Below, one piece after another: positions 55,719-64,000 of a stretch of 64,000 nt of DNA (within the stretch, counting starts at the first letter, position 1; each line of letters begins with the position of its first letter). A program made the position numbers and the translations under genes. The DNA lies in contig OX597832.1 of the NCBI GenBank assembly GCA_951406725.2, positions 6,262,001 through 6,326,000 of the forward strand, in the 5' to 3' direction. The notes beneath the pieces are model-generated. The model saw only the letters and a program-made list of their open reading frames with translations. It did no database searches and was not told the DNA's origin. This stretch comes from Octopus vulgaris. Lineage: Eukaryota.

Positions 55719-56984
55719 TCATACCTGAGCTAACTTCAGAGATGAAATATATTAAATCCATTTATAAGTCAGTGTCAGTTTTGAATATGAAGCTACAAAA
55801 GTTGAACCACAATTTGCAAGATTTTGTGAAGAAAACTATTTTCATTGCTTTGATAACACAGAATTTTATGTAGGAATATACTACTGAAAACATTAAAATA
55901 TTTGGGGGAACAAAAACAGGCTGTTCATAAACCTTCAACAATATTTGAGTTTTTTTATTTTTTTCCTTGGCTATAAAAACAGTTCCATTCTGCTCCCTCA
56001 CTAAAAGGCTTTGCCAACCATGTAAAGATGAAGAGGTCATAAGGACTATTTATTTATTTCATATTGCAACTTGTGAAAAATAGCAGGTATCCAATGGGCA
56101 AATTACTAGTTCACTGCTTTTCTGACAACGAAAGTTACAAAGGATTGTCAATAACTGTGCAAAACAAATATTGCAGAGGACTTTATTCAAAGAGCACCAG
56201 TTTTCTTGCCATTTCTACAAACCTTTCACTGATACACATTGGTAGAACTAACAAGCATACAAGACAAGCTTCAGAAGTCCCCATCAGACAAATTTCTATC
56301 ATAATGTGTTGGTTAATGCAAGAGTCACTTATCTATGGTATCAGAGAGTTTCATGGACTCAGAACTACATAGTTGTAGCATAGGGGTAGGGAAACTTTTT
56401 AGTGCAGTGGGCAAACATTTCCAAAGAAAAGGGTCCTTGGGTGGATCACAAGTTCTAACTCTTATATTTGTGTAAAGTTTGTATATATCTATGTATAATT
56501 CGATACACATTAATAAAAATAAGTTTAACATTAAATTAAAGCGTAACATCTTCATTAACGCCACCACTGAATTTATGACATTTATATTACTTACGAGGTA
56601 TTCTATATTTTTCAGCTAGTGTAGTTGGGTCTCAAGGGGGTGGTATAAACCTAGCAATATGTGTTTTATAGTGAAAGCAAAATTTCCATTCAAAGAGCAA
56701 TTACTGGGCGATTTTCTGTTCGAGTCTAACCATTTAAAGTCATAGTGGAAATGCAGGCATACGAATATTGTATAAATTTTATAATTGAAAAATTTACTAT
56801 ATTTTGTACATATGAGTATACCAGCCTGTGGGCACAATAAAATGGGCTTACAGGCACATTTGTGCCTGCATGTGGGGGTTTCATGTAACATGAACTTCTT
56901 AATCACACAACTATGCCTGTGCCTATCATAGCCATATACTAAATTACGTACTACCCCACTGCAAAGATTTAAACCTATATATTT

Positions 56985-57306
56985 CAATACCTTGAGCAAA
57001 TATCTTCTACTATAGCCCCAGGCCAACCAATGCCTTGTGAGTAAATTTGATAGATGGAAACTGTGTGGAAACCTATCATGTATGTATGTGTGTGTATATC
57101 TTTGTATGGGACTGTGTCTTTGTATTTGCCCCCCACTATTGCTTGACAATCAGTGTTGGTTTACTTGCATCCCCCATAACTCAGTGGCTCAGCAAAAGAG
57201 GATAAATAACAGATTTAAAAAATAATTACTGGGGTTAATTTATTTTACTAAACCCTTCCAACTGGTACACTAGCATGACTGCAGTCCAATGACTGAAACA
57301 AGTAAA
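56985..57306 (+). mobile_element. SINE family A body
   Basis: ccttgagcaaatatcttctactatagcc...gccttgtgagt...gcagtccaatgactgaaacaagtaaa. Confidence 0.7.
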
Positions 57307-58554
57307 CAAGATCTACTAATACAATGAATAAAATCACTAATAAATGATTTAGCATATCATTTCTACGAAGAGCTAAGATTCCTTATTTTGGTGCCTCCAT
57401 TCTTCAGATTCTATATAAAGACATATGGTCATATAAAGTAGCAACAAATAGCCATCCATAACACAAGTTAAATAATGTTTTCTCAGCATCAGCCTGAATC
57501 AGTTTTGACAAAATAAGTTTAATGCATACCACATGGAGCTAAACAGAAGCAAATATTTTTCATTAAATATTATAAAAATCATAAAGAATTGAAGAAAAAG
57601 AAAAATCATGAGGAACTGAAGATAATAGAAAATGAGTGTTAAATATTTTGGAAGAAAATCATAAAAGTGTCATATACGTATGTATGTGTTACACACACAC
57701 TCCACATACAACCTGCTATTGAGTATGGTCATCCACAATGTTGATTATACAGAACATTTAGATTTGGGTTTGTAATCCAGTTTATATGACACATAAATAC
57801 TTTCTCTGCAGGCTTCTGATACAAAAGATGTATTAGGTACTTTTATGTTTTCATGTGATAAAACAAAAAACAATATAAATGTAAAGATATATAGACTGAA
57901 ATATTTTTCACTGTCAAGAATACAAATATTTCAATGTCTAAAATACAGATCATCACAACCATTTGAATAAAACTGGGTAATAGTTTCTAAATGTAACATG
58001 AACATAGTCAAGAACATTAAGGAAATTGTTATTGCAAATTAAAATAACCAGTAAACCAAGAGTTGAAAACTGTTAAGAAAAATTTGAAAATACACCAATT
58101 ATGAAAAGCTCGCATGAATACATATATGGTTTCTTAAATCTTATTTAAAGATTTGAAAGAAACTATTTCTAATCTTTAGAAATGAGACATTTTTACCTTT
58201 ATAAAAAGTGAAAATGCTTCAGAGTTACACTTTGTAAATTTCTATGTATAGGTTGTTAATACATTTTAAAAAGCTTGTTCGTATTTCTTTCACATTTTCT
58301 GATCGTAAATCAAAAACTGTGATGCAAATTTTCATAATTTAGATCAACTTATATGGTAGGGAAAAGAATACCATTGCCCATAAATTTTATCAAATCTGCT
58401 CACACTGGAGAAGAGATAAATTTATGTTAGTGTCATAATTAGTGTGTCTAATTACAGATAGTAGGTGGAGATGAATAGGAAATAAAATCCGAAGTCTCTA
58501 TTCCAGAGAAAGAAAGACAAGACAACACAGAGGTTGAAATGAAATAAAAATTGT

Positions 58555-58725
58555 TTTAAATTTTGGCTCAAGGTCAGTAATTTTTTGAGGAAGGGTTAAG
58601 TCAACCCCAAGACTCAACACACATTTTATCAAATTTAAAAAGATGAAAGGAAAAGCTGACCTCAGCGGAATTTGAATTCAAAATATAAAGTGCTGGAAGA
58701 AATGCTAATGATTCTGCCAGCACTT
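58555..58725 (-). mobile_element. Family B SINE, degraded
   Basis: ttttggctcaaggtcagtaatttt...gatgaaagg...gacctcagcggaatttgaa...gattctgccagc. Confidence 0.6.
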
Positions 58726-59184
58726 CCAAGTGAAGTAATAATGATAGGAAAGACAAAAAAGATGAGTGTATCAAATGGGTTATAGTGAGAGTAACAAAGA
58801 CTCAGCAAGTTCAGGAGACACAAGAAAAGCAAGTTCAGGAGACACAAGAAAAGCAAGCCAGTAGTTGTGGCTGTTAAGCCACCAGATAAACCTTGACTGG
58901 ATGGATGGCTGACAAATCAAGTTAATCCATAGATCCATGCCTCTACCTAACCATACCGTACTAATACATGCAATAGTTTAATGCAGGAGAGACATATAGA
59001 AGATTAAGCATATAGCTGTATTTCTCATGGTCCAATTTGTTCTTGCATGCCAATAAGGTCTGTGAAGGCTATAAAGGGGAATTTAGCTGGAGTAGAATAC
59101 AGTTGTTCTGCTATATTAATCAGTCATATGCATCCTAGTATTGTGATTAGGATTAGTGAGACCATTAATGTTCCTGCTATTTTT

Positions 59185-59415
59185 GAGAGAGAGACAGACA
59201 GACAGACAGAGAAAGAGAGAGACAGACTGAGAGAGACAGAGACAGAGAGAGACAGACAGAGACAGACAGAGAGGAGAGAGAGACAGTAAGAGAGAGAGAC
59301 AGAGAGACACACAAAGACAGACACACAGACAGACAGAGACAGACAGACAGACAGACACACACAGACAGACAGACAGATACACAGACAGACGCACGCTGAG
59401 TGAGTGAGTGAGTGT
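59185..59415. repeat. (GA)/(GACA)n compound microsatellite
   Basis: Direct inspection. Confidence 0.95.
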
Positions 59416-60017
59416 TTCTTTAATGTTTTTCTGGACTGTGTATGAGACAGTGTATTTTAAGATGATGATATAGTATCATTCTAGCATGATGTTGATATGT
59501 GATAACTGGAACAATGAAGGTTTGACCTAACAATAAACTATTTCCCATACATCCTGTTGGTTTTTCATTATATGTATTTTTGTTTGTTTGTATAGGTAGT
59601 TTATGCATAACCTATATTATGTAATTTGATATGGAAAATTTGGAGATCTAAGGCAGAACTAACAATCTATGATAGATCTAATGTAATAATTTTTAGACTA
59701 GTGTCTTCAGTACAAATGAAAAAATAAATTAATAATCCAATATTTGAGTGTTGATGAAGGAAAGTTTGTCTCTCGGTTACATAGCTTTCTTCATATGGGG
59801 TCTAGAAGAAATGTGAGTGCTCATGTGTGTGTGTGTGTGTGTATGTATATATCATTCACAGATCTGTAGATAGTACTCATGCATTGTTTAGTTTTATGTC
59901 TACCCAAATGTACCAGGTCTATGATCTAAGGTCAGATATGATTTGAGTAGAGTTCTTTGTTATTTCTAGCAAGTTGAACAATCCAAGAGGGGCTTTCTCA
60001 TTAGATCATAATAATTT

Positions 60018-60640
60018 CATCATCATCATCATTTAACGTCCGCTTTCCATGCTAGCATGGGTTGGACGGTTCAACTGGGGTCTGGGGAGCCCGAAGGCTG
60101 CACCAGGCCAGTCAGATCTGGCAGTGTTTCTACAGCTGGATGCCCTTCCTAACGCCAACTATTCCGAGAGTGTAGTGGGTGATTTTATGTGCCACCGACA
60201 CAGGTGCCAGACGAGGCTGGCGAACGGCCACGCTCGGATGGTGTTTTTATGTGCCACCGACACGGGTGCCAGACGAAGCTGGCGAACGGCCACACTCGGA
60301 TGGTGTTTTTATGTGCCACCGACACAGGTGCCAGACAAGGCTAGCAGACGACCACGCTCGGATGGTGTTTTTATGTGCCACCAACACAGGTGCCAGACAA
60401 GGCTAGCAGACGACCACGCTCGGATGGTGTTTTTTATGTGCCACCGACACAGGAGCCAGATTAGGTTGGCGATCGGCCACGATTGGATGGTGATTGTTAC
60501 GTGCCCACAGCATGGAGGCCAGTCGGTGCGGTACTGGCTACGGTCACGTTCGGATGGTTTTCTTGTGTGCCACCGGCACTGGTACCACAAAGATACAAAT
60601 TCCATTGATGTTCATCTATTTTGATTTTGTTTGATTTTTT
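60018..60640 (-). mobile_element. Young RTE-tailed element with an internal ~62-bp tandem array
   Basis: gtgcc anchors at 60189, 60251, 60313, 60375, 60438, 60501 and 60567; CpG-rich; (CAT)n at 60018-60032. Confidence 0.9.
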
Positions 60641-61271
60641 GATTTAATGTAGAATATTTTCCAAATGCATAATTATAAACGTTTGCAAGTGAATATTAGA
60701 AGCAGGATGTGAATTAATAGTCTAAAAGTGTTAAGGGGAAAAAAATAACTTAATTATACAATATTTCAGAATTAGATATGAAATATTGGAAGTGCTAATA
60801 AAAAGAAAACATCTTACGTTTTTATACTTTAAATAAAATTTTCATCTAGTAAAAGAATAAAAATCAAGAAGGCAGTCTGTAGGTGGTCTGCTTGAAATCA
60901 CTAAAACAACAGAGTAATCATAGCTGAATGACTTTTGATCATAGGGCTATTCAATTAGCACTGACCTAGGGTTAAACATCAATCAATGGTGCTTTATCCC
61001 ATTCATGGCTATATTCCTAATATCCATGTCTTTAATTTCATAATAATCAAAACATGAGAGGTTTAGTATATTAACTATAACCATGTATAGGTATATACAT
61101 TATTCTAGTATTAACCAAATGAAAGCGTAAGATATATTTAAGTTAAAATCTTGGTTAAAATATATGTACTTTTCTATGTGTGGTCTGAAACAGATGTTAA
61201 AGGAGGTGATGAGATCATTTTCAATGTTAATTAATAGAGAGTGTAAAAAGTATAACAAAATAGTTACTTAC

Positions 61272-61310
61272 ACATTCGGATTTGTGAAGATGTTAATGCA
61301 GGCGGGCCAT
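61272..61310 (-). CDS. TMEM65: TMEM65 internal coding exon (39 nt, phase 1-1), (D)GPPALTSSQIRM(L)
   Basis: Minus strand reads ttacag|ATGGCCCGCC...CGAATGT|gtaagt. Joins in frame to the 37687-37754 exon giving QIRMLFIHNALPF, resembling vertebrate PPTxGQLRYVFIHNAIPF (recalled). Confidence 0.85.
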
Positions 61311-61999
61311 CTGTAATATAAAAAGATATATTTTTATATAAAATAATTCTAATAATATTTTCAGTTCAATCTGTAAAATACACTGGTAACAACAATATAT
61401 ATAGACAAATAATCAAATATAAAAAAACTGATTTTGTTACATGTATAAATTCAGTTTGTGAATGCATGTGTTTAATATCGGTCATGCTATGTACAGTAGG
61501 AAATAAAACTGCAACTATTTCACTTCATTTACATTTAGTTCTTGAAGTGGCTTTATGTTAAGTCATGTTAGGGCTTTTCCTCAAGATTTTTCAGTCCTTG
61601 TTAAGAGTGTATCTGTGCATGAACCTTTCTTATATGGTTTGCAAAGGCCAGAGATAGAGGCATTCCTCTAGAATAAGGGTTAGCAACATGTGGGCCCATG
61701 TGTAGGCCACTAAGGTGTTTCAAACTTTTTTAAGGCCTTTGGATTGTTGACAGCTGTTAGAAAGTCTTTATCTCATTATTTAATGCTCACTTGCACAACT
61801 ATTACCACTGATGGAAAAGGGTGAGAAATACAGAGTCAAAATAAAAAGCTGCTGTAGACCAAACCATGAAATATACACACACACAAAACTACAAATAGGT
61901 TAGTTGATTATCACTGGCATGAATTTATTTATGAACCCATAGATATGTATTTAATCATTTCAATATAGGAAACACTTTATAATATTCTACTATTCTCTT

Positions 62000-62806
62000 A
62001 GAGTACAGTTGATTATACTAACCCCAGTAATTCACTAGAACTCATTTTATCAACCTCAGGAGGGTGAAAGACAAGGTCAATATCAGTGTAATTTGAGCTC
62101 TGAATGTAAAGGAATAAAACAATACTTTTGCTTGATGTGCTACTGATTCTGCCAGAAATAAGCACTTTAAATATTTCAAATTTTGGCATAAGGCCAGCAA
62201 TTTGAGGGAGGGTTAAGTTGGTTACAGTGACCAGTTGAATACTGGTACTTATTTTATCAACTCCAAAGGAATGAACGGCAAAGTCAACCTCAGCAGAATT
62301 TGAAATCAGATTGTAAAGATGGATGAAATGCTGCTAAGCATCTTGCTTGGCATGGTAATGATTCTGCCATTACAACACCTTAACCCTTTAGCATTTAAAC
62401 AGGCCATATCCATCCCAAATACTCTGTTAAAACCAGCTAGATCTGGCCTCTCACACCAACCCTACAATATCATTCTTAAAATATGCAATCGCATCATTGA
62501 AATCTCATAGCTAGAAGATAATGCATGATAAATTCAAAACAATGTGAATAAATAAGCATTACATTTGACAGAATAATTTGAATGCTAAAGAGTTAAGCAC
62601 ACAAAATACTGGTTTCAAATTTTGACCATTTCAGGGAAGGGGATAAGTCAATTAAATCAACTCCAGTGCTCAACTGGTCATTTTTTTTTATTGACCCCCA
62701 AAAGATGAAAGGCAACATCGACCTCAGTGGAATTTGAACTCAGATCATAAAGACAGACGAAATGCAGTTATGCATTTTGCTAACAATTCTGACAGCTTGC
62801 CACCTT
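62000..62806 (-). mobile_element. Three tandem family B SINE copies with a family 2 TTAA MITE (62380-62596) between the second and third
   Basis: Repeated ttttatcaac/gaccc...gaaaggcaa...gaatttgaactcaga...gattctgcca; MITE ends ttaaccctttagcattt...aatgctaaagagttaa. Confidence 0.75.
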
Positions 62807-63698
62807 AAGTACACTAAACAATGGATATAATTCAGTACAATCATCTGACTGTATTTTAGAAACTACCTTTCTAGTTGTAAGATATTAAGTTAAGCTGATT
62901 TCAATTGTTTAATAAAATAATACAAAAAAAAAAATCAGGAAAATTCATTGAATTAGCATTAATGCATTTAAAACTTGAATTAACAAACAAATCCACCATG
63001 TCTATGATTCACAGAAAGATTATTATAAATCAAAATACTCTGAATGTGTACATAATAAAATATTTTCATTTATTCACTGGACAAACAATATTACAACTAA
63101 TTCTATTTTATATGTATTGATAAGAAAAATTAGAATAATCAAATTGCAATGCACTTATAACACTCAAGATACAATATATGAAGCAAAATTACAATTCCTC
63201 AGATATTTTAACCGATTAAAATCAGATGACCACAATTTCCAAAATGTGCAAGTATTGATTATTGTAACTAGAATTTATCACTTTCAATGTTGGCAACAAA
63301 CTTAGTGGATTTACAAAGAATTCTTTGTAGTGAACATTTGATAAGCTTCTCAAATGGAATATGAAAGACTGATTTCATATATGTCTAGTGTTATATTTAG
63401 CATGAAATGTTTAAATAGAAACTATACTAAATTTCTAAGATCAGTAATGTATATTTGTATGTAGAACAATAAAGCTTAAACAGGCTAACTTCGATACATA
63501 CTATCCCAATAATCTTCAAATGCCCTCACTCTGAATAACGAATAAAACATTAAGATAAGCAGAACAAATGAAACATTAAACTGAAATGAAACAGTGAACG
63601 AGTGCAATTCGTATCCCAGGTCAAGAAAATATACACATAAACTAAAGTACATTAGTCTTCCATATACCCTCTACATGAATTTAGAATCACATTGTATG

Positions 63699-63731
<33 letters not shown>

Positions 63732-63733
<2 letters not shown>

Positions 63734-63815
63734 CCATCTGGTTCGCCAGACCTCAGTCAAATCGTCCAACCCATGCTAACATGGAAAGTGGATGTTAAAC
63801 GATGATGATGATGAT
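63732..63815 (+). mobile_element. Short RTE 3'-end fragment
   Basis: ctcagtcaaatcgtccaacccatgctaacatggaaagtggatgttaaacgatgatgat. Confidence 0.8.
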
Positions 63816-64000
63816 TATATATATATATATATATATAAACAAAAAAGAAAATCATTCAGAGAATATACCAATCAAAACAAAGTGTAGATAAAACAACAAA
63901 AGAAAAGGTTATTAGTCCAATTAATTTTTTCTATTCTATGAAAGAGGGTAATGCAGTATTGTCAAAACTATAATTACCCTGATAAGTTCTGCAGATGATC

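Noticed and set aside
55760-56370. Possible pogo/Tigger transposase relic (VFVPPN..VIKAMK) on the minus strand
   Set aside because: Only one weak motif; too decayed to support without a profile search.
58804-58857. Short perfect tandem duplication (24 bp); others at 9896-9927 and 41033-41071
   Set aside because: Ordinary slippage duplications with no sign of function.
59047-59394. RE-rich and LS/VC-rich ORFs
   Set aside because: GA/GACA microsatellite.
60049-60624. 191-aa ORF and CRISPR-like periodicity
   Set aside because: Head-to-tail 62-bp units with no unique spacers, no cas genes and a eukaryotic context; the ORF is antisense to a retroelement 3' UTR.
63978-64000. Possible upstream TMEM65 exon end (minus strand ...TATCAGG|gtaatt)
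   Set aside because: The phase-compatible translation IICRTYQ shows no recognisable TMEM65 similarity and is cut by the window edge.

Overview
AT-rich, repeat-dense eukaryotic (animal) genomic DNA. The repeat families look like those I recall from octopus/cephalopod genomes (inference, not a database result). One protein-coding gene is supported: a TMEM65 orthologue on the minus strand, with five coding exons in the window (61272-61310, 37687-37754, 31725-31822, 26606-26711, 26360-26488). All have GT-AG boundaries and splice in phase to (D)GPPALTSSQIRMLFIHNALPFVGFGFLDNVLMIVAGEYIDATFGSLLGISTMAAAGLGNMVSDVAGIGSAWYVEVLAVRVGFHMPTLTPQQVDMRKTRWIANLGKVIGITVGCLIGMFPLLFFNYDKHNESQESPAEPAADTEKS*. The N-terminal exon(s) were not identified and probably lie at or beyond the right edge. 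The rest is decayed transposons (mariner, hAT, RTE and other LINEs, Helitron/Helentron-like elements, TTAA MITEs, tRNA- and Nin-type SINEs) and microsatellites. The long ORFs in the track are microsatellite artefacts. The most unusual signal is an intronic ~265-bp palindrome (centre 34283) whose arms carry a minimal hammerhead-ribozyme-like fold with a G3-C8 swapped core; the better copy is on the TMEM65 sense strand. I found no evidence of a novel multi-gene system.
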